A stretch of DNA of 64,000 nt, taken from positions 537,291-601,290 of the forward strand of contig NW_026867481.1 of assembly GCF_020745735.1 (NCBI RefSeq), in the 5' to 3' direction. The notes under the pieces are model-generated. The model was not told where the DNA came from, ran no database searches, and worked only from the letters and a program-made list of their open reading frames with translations. Of the stretch, positions 1-10,901 are shown one piece after another. Every line of letters begins with the position of its first letter. Positions within the stretch are counted from its first letter, which is position 1. The DNA is from Hemiscyllium ocellatum (lineage: Eukaryota). A program made the position numbers and the translations under genes.

Positions 1-449
1 CCCTCGTGTTCGAATGCTGTCCGTGTTTGCAGTGCTTTTTGTGGTGGTACATATTTCTCCAGTTGAGTGTCAGTGATGCAGGTAGTGAACGCTTCTGCAT
101 ACAGTACACATCAAACTGACTGTATTTTACGAGATGATATCGTTTTTCTTGAGTCCTATTGGAGCTTTACACATCCACGATATTTCATTAGCCATGACCG
201 GAACAAAATGATCATATGAAATGGCAGAGCAGGCTCGAGGTTAAAGTGTCGTTCTATGTTGCTAAATTTAACGTTCATTTTTGATTTGATGTTTGAACCC
301 GAAGGCACATTCTCCAGCTGAAAAAGATGCCATCAAAAATTAATATAATAACAGAGACTTGAAAAGATGGGATCTCGCTCTCCAGAAAACGTGGAACCAG
401 GACAATACTGAAAAGAAATAGTTTTAACTATTACACGGTTTAAGTGAAA

Positions 450-1100
450 TAAATTCGGAAATTCGAATTGGTGCATGACTCCACGACAAAGGCCTATCCA
501 TATCGAAGCACACTAAAATAACAACTAGAGATATCAAGAAAGATGCACTCATACAAAAACACACTGGAACCGAATAGAACCATTGACATCTGAAATGGGT
601 AAAACTTGGAAAACACAGAACGGAGAAAGTCATAAGTGGGTTTATGACTCCAACTGTTAACATATGCTAATGTTAGCAGAGCGAAGGCCATGTGAGGAAA
701 CGTCAGGCCCTATTAAGTTAGTCACATATGCAGTAACTTCTTCGAAGCTCGTGTACAACATGAAATTCAGAGAATGAGGTCCAGAAAATATTGGACAGAA
801 TCAAACAATAGTTTCGAGGAAATTTAAGTTGTCAGAGACGCTGAAGAGACAATTCCTCAGAGTAACAGGAAAGCCACAGTGAACCTGCATAAAGTGAAAC
901 CAACTGACAACTGAGAGACTTTGGGACAACCTCTCTGTACAAACAACAGAAATGTATTTGTGGAAAGAAAATGAAATCGATTGTGATAATTGTAATTAAT
1001 TTGAAAACGATAAAGTCGAGCTCTGCAATGGCCAAAAATAAACAAAAAGTGGAAAACGACAGAACATTTTTGCTTTTTCGGTATTATTGATCTCTGACAG
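450..1100 (-). pseudogene. Decayed GPR139/GPR142-like GPCR exon 2
   Basis: Minus-strand fragments LSFSTFCLFLAIAELDFIV (cf. LSRGITYYLLSIAVTDFIV of the intact gene at 12.4 kb), AGSLWLS..LSLQRL (cf. DSSVWLT..FTLDRF) and TYDFLRSVFSKFYPF (cf. AYDWIRSILTPFLPF of the 51.3 kb gene); stops and frameshifts. Confidence 0.45.
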
Positions 1101-1704
1101 TCAATGTTCAGGTTTTAGTGACTTTTAGCTCGATTTTCCTGGGAGCAGTGATAGAAGGTATTTGGGTCATTCTTGGAATTATGGTTTCAGAGATTAAATT
1201 CTCACTGATGCCGGAAAGCTTATTTGGATTTTCCTTCTTTAAAAAAAGGAAAGTTAACGTCATGAAAATACAAAACACACAGAATATTATTCGATGATGC
1301 TTTCACCCCTCGCAACCCCTATATGATGAAAGTGGAAATCAATTCGTCCCGGAGTGTTTGCTGCCTCCCAAGAGTCCAACACACGTGTGATCCTCCACTG
1401 CTTATCCACCTAGAATATGCAATGTATTGATGAATCTGCTAATATTATTCACCTCTTATGTTAAATATATGATGCCGCTTTACTGATTGATTTTCCAATA
1501 TCAAAGTGTAAAATTTTTGCAACTTACAAGTGCTGGTTGACATGAATGCCAGAACCTTTCCTATAAGTATGACGTTTTCTCTATAAATAGTTCATTGCCA
1601 AACAATAGGTGCCATTTAACCAAGGCAGTTTTGTCGACAAACTTTTCATCACACCCCATCCTAACACTGTTCTCCGAGTCCAGCTTTACAAACCACTGCA
1701 AACA

Positions 1705-1952
1705 AAATTTTGAACAGATCTTTCTGTGTCACTATTTCTATCATTCCTACCATGAACAAGTTCTTTTGTACGGCTCTTTTCGTGTTCTGTATCACTTTGT
1801 CAGTAATCGAACAATGTTCTGGTTTTTATACGGTTCCTTCCATGCCCTGTATGACTGCATTTGTTTTCCCTCCATGTTCACGTTTTCATACCACCCTACC
1901 AACCAAATGTTCAGGATATTGTACAGCTGTATCCATGATCTGTATCACTTTA
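1705..1952 (-). other. Degenerate tandem array of four 23-RSS-like units 3' of the supporting Vdelta pseudogene
   Basis: Minus strand: taaagtg-23-acaatatcc (1914-1952), tgcagtc-23-ataaaaacc (1821-1859), caaagtg-23-acaaaagaa (1761-1799), aatagtg-(shortened)-tcaaaattt (1705-1736). Spacers resemble those at 29567-29785. Confidence 0.7.
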
Positions 1953-2239
1953 AGAACTGTACACCGACTTCTTGCAGAATCTCTCAGTTATATTTCGGAG
2001 ATCATTAACCGACTGATTTTCACTCCTGTATGGATGGACGCAAAACTTCCTTCCCATGAAGCATTTTCTTTGTTCGCCTCTCCTCTGTGAAGGAAACATC
2101 TCGGGAGCCTGTCCTGTCGGCAGACTGCACCAGTAAAATGTCGACTGACAGAAGCCCGAATGTTCACACGTCAGTGCAAAAATGTCAACACTAACAAACG
2201 TTTGCAGAGGCGGACTCTGGGACACAAGCTAACTGGTAT
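1953..2239 (-). pseudogene. NAR-TCR supporting TCR delta V segment (leaderless), pseudogene
   Basis: SQSPPLQTFVSVDIFALTCEHSGFCQSTFYWCSLPTGQAP is homologous to the V at 29786-30095, including the CDR1 Cys (GFCQ). Acceptor AG mutated, in-frame TAG near the start, frameshift in FR3. Confidence 0.8.
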
Positions 2240-4793
2240 ATGTGGAATAACATTGAGCATTATTAATTATTCTGCCACTGTTTACAAAGGGAAATTGTAA
2301 ATCTCCGAAATTGAGCTGAGTTGTTTTTTGTGACAGTTAACATTATTGGAATTCCATTGGACCTATTCTCTTTTGTTTTCAAAACATACATTGCTGAGAT
2401 GACAAGATGACACTTTTTTTTACGTATGTCGTCTTCCTATGTTGTCGAATGAGCTGCCAAAACGGATGATTGGAACTGAATGAACAGCTACTTTATAAAG
2501 TGTAACGGACAGCAGCAGCATAAGGCAACAAGCATGGTTATGGGGGAAAAGCATCTTCAGTGGCAACAATTGCAATGGACTCTTAAAAAGTCAGTAACCA
2601 GCGGAGGGTCGAATGAAAACCTATTTTATTCTCTGATGGATATTATATTTTACGTCCGATTTACTGTGATAAAAGGTAATCCCAAGGAAACCTCTTATGC
2701 TTACTGAGACAATTTCCAAATATACCTGCTCCAAAGCTATCCAATAGTTTTGTACCACAGTGCATGGCAAGACTGAGAAACAATGACGTGATAGATTAGT
2801 AATGAAAATGCAGTAGTTTTCTGCAGTTGGCACCTGTCCAGGAAATTCCACCTGATCTTGTTGTTTTAAAATCAGTTTCGTTTCTTGTCTGTTTACCTGT
2901 ACCATGCAAAATTTCACTTTATTTTTATTTTATCTCTGCATTTTCTTTATACCATTTGAATTTCTTCCAATCGTAGATACCTGTCCCAACTTCTCTCAAT
3001 AGACAGTTGTGGTGAATCTGCACTGCTGTTGCGGTAGTTTTGTTGTTACTCCGTAGAAATCCTCTTTCAGCTCTTTCTCAGTTTAAATTATTTGCAGAGA
3101 TGTATTGACTTCTGATTAATTCTAATGGAGATCAGTTTTGTTTTGCCTTAATTCTAGAGATAGGGAATATACCGTTGGAACAAACTGATTTATGCCTGAG
3201 TGCATATATGCTAACGTCCATCCCAGTCAGAAATCTTATTGGCATTGCTTTAACAGAATGCGTTGTAGATGCACTCTGTTTGCCTACTAAGTGATTTTAA
3301 AATCTTGCATAAGTAACTCAATACAACGTGCTCCAAACTTTTTTTTTTAGGTGGCGAGTTCCACATTCTGTGGATTATTCATTTTGAATATTTCCCCATC
3401 GTCACGACTTGATTGTTCTGTTCGTGAACATAATGCATGAATGCCTAAATCCTCTTGGCTAAGTATCAACCACCCAGTCATGGCACGTAACATTTCTCTG
3501 AAGTCTCACTGCGCCTCTCTGGTACTCTCAGAAAAGAGATTCAGTTAAAATGATCAAGTTCTGGGACTGCACTGCTTTATGAGATACGGAATACACAGAC
3601 TCAAGACAATCACTTCACTGAAATATAATGCCTCTCTGTAGTTGCAATATCCGATCCCTTACGCTCAAATTGTGACTCTTTTCCAGACTTGTTTAGCCTG
3701 GAGTAAAAATCCCTAAATATATTTCCATTAAAACTTGGATCAGTTCAAAATAAAGCATTTTTCCTTCCTCTAACTGGTTAGCAATGTAGCGTCCACTTCA
3801 CAATCGCTTCATACAGGACAATAACTTTATCTCAGGGGACTGTCTGATTAACCTTAGCTGCACTTGTTCCAAAACAAATCCAGGCGTACACAAGTATGCA
3901 GAGCAAACTTTGACCCACCATTCCAAGGTGGAACCCATTCAAGCACTTCCATCCACAGAGCTCAACGAACCCTCTGGCGATGGAGTTGAACTTTGACGAA
4001 TGCCCAAGGAGTTGTCAACATATTCGTTTTGAAGAATTGTTTATTCTCGGTTGTAAATGAGCATTGTCCCGCTTTGGTTTCGTTCTCTTAAGCAGCTATA
4101 TTACAGCAGTCTAATGTCTCAAAACATCTACATTATGAAAAAAAAAGGTATTTTCAGTTTCACATTGGGACTGAGGCTGCAAAATTTGGAATGTGACTGC
4201 TTTTATGAAGTCATATATGAAAACAGTTGAAAATGGTAATTTGATCATTCGTTTAATGGATTCCCTAATAAGGACAAGTCCTCGAGACATAAATTCATGG
4301 GTCCTATATGTGATGCTCGCCTAGAAATGCTATCGATTTTCTAGTGGGACAAGTGTTTTAATTGAATCTTTGCAATCTAGGACCTCTTTGAGACTTCAAT
4401 CTCTGCCTTGTTATGGGTCACTGTGATGCAAGTTTTTTTTAATCGAAGCAACAGACTGATTTCTGTCCAAGAATAGAGGGCAGAATTTCACTACTCTTTC
4501 CTCATTAAAACCAGATTATGTCACTGGTAATCGTATCCGTGTCTTGACATGTGAAATTACTGATGATGCTGGTGCAGTGAAACTGCCGACACAAGGCTGG
4601 GTTCCATAAGAGACTTCTGCCTGAGCAATCCAGGATCCGACTCCCATATTCTGTCAGTAATTCGGATGCAGCAACGGTGACTGTTCCTTCCAAAATGTGT
4701 GTTTTAAACGTTCTTTTGCAATTGACGATCACAATAATACACGATCCATTCACTATAAAGATCGATAACACTTTGGAGTGTGGAGTCACTTCC

Positions 4794-4881
4794 AAACTTC
4801 GACAGTCACCATTGTCCCAAATCCATAGACGACGTCGAATCTCACCACCTTGCTCCTCTCGATCTCCATTGTACAGGAACC
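4794..4881 (-). pseudogene. NAR-TCR J segment with degenerate 23-RSS, pseudogene
   Basis: Encodes YGFGTMVTVE and aligns with the J at 32895-32947. RSS read on the + strand as caccacc-23-acaggaacc (4843-4881); donor mutated to ggaagt. Confidence 0.75.
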
Positions 4882-5204
4882 AAATCTACCTCAAAGAGTC
4901 GAGAAATCATCAGCACGCAGTGGGAAAAGTTCTCTTATTCTGGAAATTTAGATTAATATCGAGTATTGTATGTGTCAATTTTTTTTGGGTTTGAGCTTAT
5001 TTCCTGATCGTTTGACAAATGATACAAATGAAGGAAGCTCGAAACTTCATACAAGCTCTGGGGAAGATTCTGAAAAAATGATTGCTGAAGAGTGAAATTT
5101 GCTTTCCAACTGGTATGTGAGACATTCATGTGAGGCTGAAATACAGGATCTTCCAGGCAGATTAATGCAGTTGTCAATTTGTTTTTGTGTGAATCTCTAG
5201 TGAG

Positions 5205-5537
5205 AGTTTTTGAGCAACATGAAACCGAGGCCCATCAGGCTACGCAGTCTTAACTGTACTGAGCTCTGCAGAAATAAGTGGCGGTGCCTTCAAATCTGAC
5301 AACCTGAATTTCCAATGAAAATGTATTTTGTGTTTTATTCATTATTATAATAAATCTACCGATGGTGCAGATCCGCTCCCCCTCTGTCGCTGACTGTGTT
5401 TGTATGAAGAAATGCCCATTATCAAAAAGGTAATTACAACAAAGAATGACCATTTTAAACACAGGTAATGGAGAGAGAATGACGCTTCTTCCTTGTCATG
5501 GTTGTCGGATCCTGTGTTACTAACTGACTGAAATAAG
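5205..5537 (-). pseudogene. NAR-TCR (IgNAR-like) V exon, pseudogene, with a decayed leader near 5680-5730
   Basis: FSQLVTQDPTTMTRKKRHSLSITCV* then, frameshifted, NYLFDNGHFFIQTQ...GRFIIIMNKTQNTFSLEIQVVRFEGTATYFCRAQYS. Nonamer tcaaaaact kept, heptamer lost; leader donor is ttaagt and no ATG is seen. Confidence 0.85.
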
Positions 5538-6924
5538 CTATAAATTAAACGGAGAGGTTGGTGAACATTAGAAGCGACCAACACGATACAGTTAAATCCC
5601 CAAACCGTTCCTGTAATTCGGACGATCTTGGGGAGCCATGTAGTATTGAATCCAGACAATGTTGCTTTTTTGCAATCGGTACTTAAAGGTCAAACAGACA
5701 GGATTAACGTGGGGGGAGGGGGTCTCAGTGTTTTCGCAGCGAGAGCTGACGTTTTCGATGATGGGGTTCTGGAGTTAAGTCTGGGAGACTGGATCGTGAG
5801 CGGGGTTGCATTGCCCCAGAGGGATGGAGTTGAATTGCAGAAGACTGAGTGGACTCAGTCTCTCTGGACATGCGTTGTCTGAGTAGGCAGCATATTTACA
5901 GAGCGAATCGATAGTTTTAGGTCACTTCACCAGCTCTGTGAGCGGGATATGTTATCTCCTCGACCATTCGCCCAGTATACAGAAGTTCTAAGGTTGAAGA
6001 TGGGGATATGTGCTGTCACCGATTGCTGCAGTCCTCCTTACCCGACAGTAAGGAGCTTGGTCGGTGTTTTCACTGGTTCCTAAATGTTGAGCCAAGATTG
6101 CGAAGCTGCGATCATGCAAGAACCCAGAAGCAAGTTTATTTCTCCCCCACACACAACAACAATTTCTCTTCCTTCCGTCCCCACCTTATCCTCGTTTTAA
6201 TCCATCAGTTGGGGTGATTATTTAACACTGAGCAGTTGTGTGGGTCCGCGGTCAAATATCTGATCAGGAAAATTGAACCTGAACGTCGACATCTGCAATC
6301 AGCCTCGTAAGTGAGAGCCGGGCTGCAAGATCATATCAGGTGGGGTGGGGGAGGGGGGACACACATTTGTAAGACAATTGTGATTCAGATACATGATTTA
6401 CATCAAGAACAAATTCTCGCATATATTTAAGAAAATTATTTGTGATACACCTTTTTTTCTGTCTGTTGCGTGTATAATGTTGCTTTTAATCAATAGTGGA
6501 AAGGTGCACTAAGGTTAAGTGTGATCATCCTGCATTCTTCTAAGTTGTAGAGAACACAGTTCCAGAGTCCTCAGTTTTCGGTCTAAGAACAATTCAAACA
6601 TTCCAACATTCAGTCTTGTGAAGCATTGTTGCTCTCCCTCTGTGACAAATTTATCTTTGACAGATATTTTAAAAAAGACTAATCGTTTAATTTGAGCTAT
6701 ATAGAATATTCCAATCTCAACAGCACTTATACGTTTTTAGCATGTTGTCTTCTCGTGACATAAGAACAAAGATTGACAGAACTCTTCGGTCATGGAGAAC
6801 TTCCAAATTTAGACAATTGAAGAAATATTCTAGTATTCTGTTTTACCTACCAAAGTGGCAGCATGAAAGTTCAAAGATGTGTAGACCAGATGAATTCTCC
6901 ATACTATGGATCACGCCATGGGTC

Positions 6925-7015
6925 TCGGTGGGTTACTCTTTGGAGTGTCGATGTAGACTTGTTGGGCTGAAGGGCCTGTTTCTACACTGTAGGGAATCAT
7001 ATCTAATCTAATCTT
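6925..7015 (+). mobile_element. 3' tail fragment of an HE1 SINE or its partner LINE
   Basis: gggttactctt...gacttgttgggctgaagggcctgtttctacactgtaggga ending in (tctaa)n, matching the SINE tail at about 23.2 kb. Confidence 0.5.
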
Positions 7016-7039
7016 CCGCATTATTTTATATATTCCAGG

Positions 7040-7960
7040 ATCCATCCCTTATTCTGTTTCATCTGATTTCAAATCGTAATGCTATTTCCTTTCTTCGGAC
7101 GTTATCGGACCTGTTGAGTTTCTTGGTGTCATTCTCCCAGTTCATCTATCTCCATAATACGTATCCGACGATGCCAAGTACGGCAATGGAGCCTCCATAA
7201 TCTCCATATTATTTCACAATGGAAGATTCCCCAGAAAGTTGTTGACTGGTCCGAACTAACTCACGTACTTCAGTCCTCAACTCTCTCTTCTATCCCACCA
7301 CAGCGATCCAGTTCCCATTTTCCTGACTTGCTCTCCCACCTGTAACCATATCAAGATGATAATTAGCTGTCATTTTTGCCAGTGACATGCCACCACCAGA
7401 CACAAATCTCCGTCACCTCCCATATCAGCCCTCCCCAGGGACACTTGCCTGAAGGACATGCTGACTTCACACCCAACAAATCTGCCACCAGCCGACAACT
7501 TCACGAATCTTTCCACTACAATTACGGAATGTCTAGGTTTACTTCCGCCCTCCTTCGTGTCTAACGGCACAAGCACACCTTCCAGGTGAAGCAACGCTTT
7601 ATCTGAACTTCTCACAATGTAGTCCACTGCATTCCCTCTTCACAATTTTGTCTCGTCTATATTGGGACAGCGAAGCATCGCCTGAGTGAGCGATTTGCAG
7701 AAAATCCACGTTCTGTCTGCGAAAAAGACCGGGAGGTTCTCGTTGTCGACAACTTCAATATGTCACCTTGCTTCCTGGCCAACATTTCTGTCTCAGGCTT
7801 GCTGAAAAGCTCCAGCAAAGTTCAGCGTAAACTGATAGAGCAGGACCTCATTTTCCACTTGGGAACACGACAGCCTTCTGAACTCAACGTGAAGTTCAAC
7901 AACTTTGGGTCTTGAGCTCTCCGATATCCTCACATCGATCCCTCACATCAGATCTTGTTA
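7040..7960 (+). mobile_element. Penelope-like retroelement 3' fragment (GIY-YIG relic)
   Basis: TFQVKQRFI*TSHNVVHCIPSSQFCLVYIGTAKHRLSERFAEN at about 7577-7730 resembles the GIY-YIG domain of Penelope-like elements. Confidence 0.65.
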
Positions 7961-8180
7961 TCACATAGTCTGCTGTTGCGTACGGCACATTCCGTGCCAC
8001 GAGCAGTATTCAATAATAGCTACCCATCCTCTAAGCAGGATCTTTATCGACTCATTTGTCTGACTACATGTTCTACTCTCCCTAGGAGTTCTATCTGCAA
8101 ATATTGTTGACACCTTATCCCATCCCTCATCCAATCGTCTGCATGCAAACCAAAATTTTCATAGCTACTCTCTGTTTTAA

Positions 8181-8430
8181 GGAAGTGACGGATGCAGGTA
8201 TATTTACAACACTTAAAATGCATTTCATTACGTGCAGGAACAGGAAAAAATTGAATGGATGCGTTGCTATCCAAAGCATGTGGGAGAGTTTAACTGGGGA
8301 ATATCGTTGACGTGGACGAGTTGGATTTAGGGGTGCTGTATTACTTTCTGACTCTGGGATATTTAACGTTGGACAGAGGATTGATTATGTCCCTATTGAT
8401 AGTGCACTTGACACTGCATTTCTAAACCAT
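8181..8430 (+). repeat. Local duplicate of 9989-10237 (CR1 3' end plus flank)
   Basis: ggaagtgacggatgcaggtatatttacaacacttaaaat ... gacactgcatttctaaaccat occurs at both positions with high identity. Confidence 0.85.
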
Positions 8431-9539
8431 CATCCGAAATTTTCATAGCTGTGTCTGTTTTGAGGATAAATGATAATTTCTGACAAGTTAACTCTGATTT
8501 CCCTCCACAGATTGCTGACAGTTCCGCTGAGCGTTTCGAGTAATTTCAGTCTTTTTATTTTGTTTCTGTTGACGTTCTACATCAATTTCTCTGTTCGTTT
8601 CCCTTTCCAGGATCCACAGAATTTCGCTTTAAAATTATATTTTAATTGGTTTTGACAAGCTCCAACCAGATCCAGGTAGAAAAATGCAGACAATGGAAAG
8701 CATATTCAAACTATGAAGGGGCTAAAGACAATATTTCAGTCTTCTTGACATTTAATTGGAGAAAATTTCTCTTTAGTCACTGCCTCAGGACGTTTGACAT
8801 ATTGGACTGCAGTTTGGAACTGAAGGAAATTTGTTTCTATCGTCCTTCAAGATGGTAGAATTTGAAGGAGGAAGAGATTTTGTCCTTACTTGGATCAAAT
8901 TGAGATGTTCACCTCTCACTCACACCCCTCCGACAGAAGGCAGAGCCTGTTGTCATTTCAGATCAGATGACAAGTCACTGTTGGAGACGGTCTTTGTAAA
9001 TCTGTTTGTTTTTTTTTGTAACAATACATCGGTTTCGATGATCACTTTCTTTTGATGTCAGCCCCAGATATGACCAGAATACTTCAGCATAATTTTGCGA
9101 GTTGCTTCTAGATAACTGTAGGTCTTCTCTCATTGGCGTTTGCTTTCTGTTTAATCAATATAACAGATCATTAGAATATGAGGACTTGCAGCAGGGTAAG
9201 TCAAAGCAAACAAAACATTTGGATCTGACAGACGATTTCATTAATTATTTTGCGGATTTTGAACTTGGGACACAAAAGTACGGTTCCCAACAACGATTAA
9301 CCGGACATGAGAACCTTCATTCATGGATTTCTTTAAATTCATCTTAAGTTGCGGTTGCATCAAGAAACAATTATATTCTCACAGTCTGCATGTTGATTAC
9401 TGCATCTGACCAATTCATCGTTGATGTTTTAGGAAACTGACTTAATTGTTGCTGAAATGTCAAGTTTCATTTTTAATTCTATACTCGGGTACTTTAATCC
9501 TGTCGCTGTCCCCGTTCAATCATTTGTTGTGACTGAGTG

Positions 9540-10130
9540 CTTCAAAAGCTTTTTCGCATGCTAATTGTTGGGAACTTTGGATGTAATAGTCGGGATGGCT
9601 TGTTGATGTCATACAGAATGTTGATGCCTCTTCTGGAGAACTATGTGCAGTTTTAGTTGCCCTGTTGTCGGTAGGATATTCGTAAATTGTTGAAGGTTCT
9701 GAAAACCACGAGTTTGTCAATAATACCGGTAAAGGATGTGAGTTGAGTTAAACAAGTAAGCTGGACAGCTCGGACGCCCATAAATTTAGCGAAGGAGTTT
9801 GAGGGTTGACATTGTAGAGGTTTCCTTTTTAAAATAAAGAGGGGCATAGCAAGGCTTTTATTCCATCGGATGGGTGATTCCAAAAGTAGAGTGCATATTT
9901 TTAGGGGGAGAGGAATACATTTCAAAAACGAAATAAGGGTCAACCTTTTAACATAAAGGGTTGTTCATATGTGAAAAGAACCGCAGGAGGAAGTGACGGA
10001 TGCAGGTATATTTACAACACTTAAAATACATTTCTTTACGTGCAGGAATAGGAAACGTTTGGAGGGATGTGTTGCTAGCCAAAGCATGTGGGAGAGGTTA
10101 ACTGGGGATTATCGTTGACGTGGACGATTT
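9540..10130 (+). mobile_element. Degraded CR1-type LINE 3' fragment
   Basis: Decayed ORF2 C-terminal motifs of the L.RP.LEYCVQFWSP type (ttgatgcctcttctggagaactatgtgcagtttt) and a CR1-type 3' UTR. Confidence 0.6.
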
Positions 10131-10901
10131 GATTGAGGGGTACTGTATTATTTTCTGACTCTGGGATATTTAACGCTGGACAGAGGATTGATTATGTCCC
10201 TATTGATAGTGCATTTGACACTGCATTTCTAAACCATGATCCAGTTTTGACACAGCTGAAAGTCTTCCTCACGATATTGCACGGGGCCCTGAACCCAAGC
10301 ATTTGGAAACACTCTCCTCCATTCTTGTTCACCAGGTCAAACGATGTGTTCGTCAGAATACAACATCACCAGAATTTGCATGTGAATGTCTTCTTCTCAG
10401 GTTCTCTCTCTTGTTACCTAACAACGGTTTCAAATTATTCAGAGTTTAATCCTCAAAAATATTACATGGATCTATAATTTAAAAACTAAACTGCTTCCCA
10501 ATCAACACATACATATAAATTATTCTAACACTAAAGGTGCGTGGAACAGCTGAAGGCATTCAAGAGAAGCAAACACTGTGGTTTACATAAAATACTGAAC
10601 CCGAGTTCAGGATCTGGGCCATCACTGACTGCACTTGATCGATAATAAAAGAAAAACAGGAAACACTCATGGGGACAACACGACCGCAGAATTTGCAAGG
10701 GAAATGGGAATATCCTCTTTGCTAAATTTGTCAACACAAAGGAAGAAACCGAAAGCCCAACCTTTTCGTTGATCTAAATATAACCAAACGTGCAGTTTGT
10801 GACTTCATTGTCCCTGTGGACTCTGTCATTCGAAATAAATGAGGGAACGCATATTCGTTTCAAAGAGTAAGGCTGCACAATTGCTGCAATTCCTTTAGTG
10901 T

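Noticed and set aside
630-690. TM7-like LAYVNS/INPL motif suggesting a chemokine-type receptor
   Set aside because: It needs a frameshift and sits too close to TM2; the region fits the GPR139-like ECL2/TM5 register better.
1595-2090. Plus-strand ORFs of 137 and 126 aa
   Set aside because: They are antisense to the supporting V pseudogene and its RSS array; the internal repeats come from the array.
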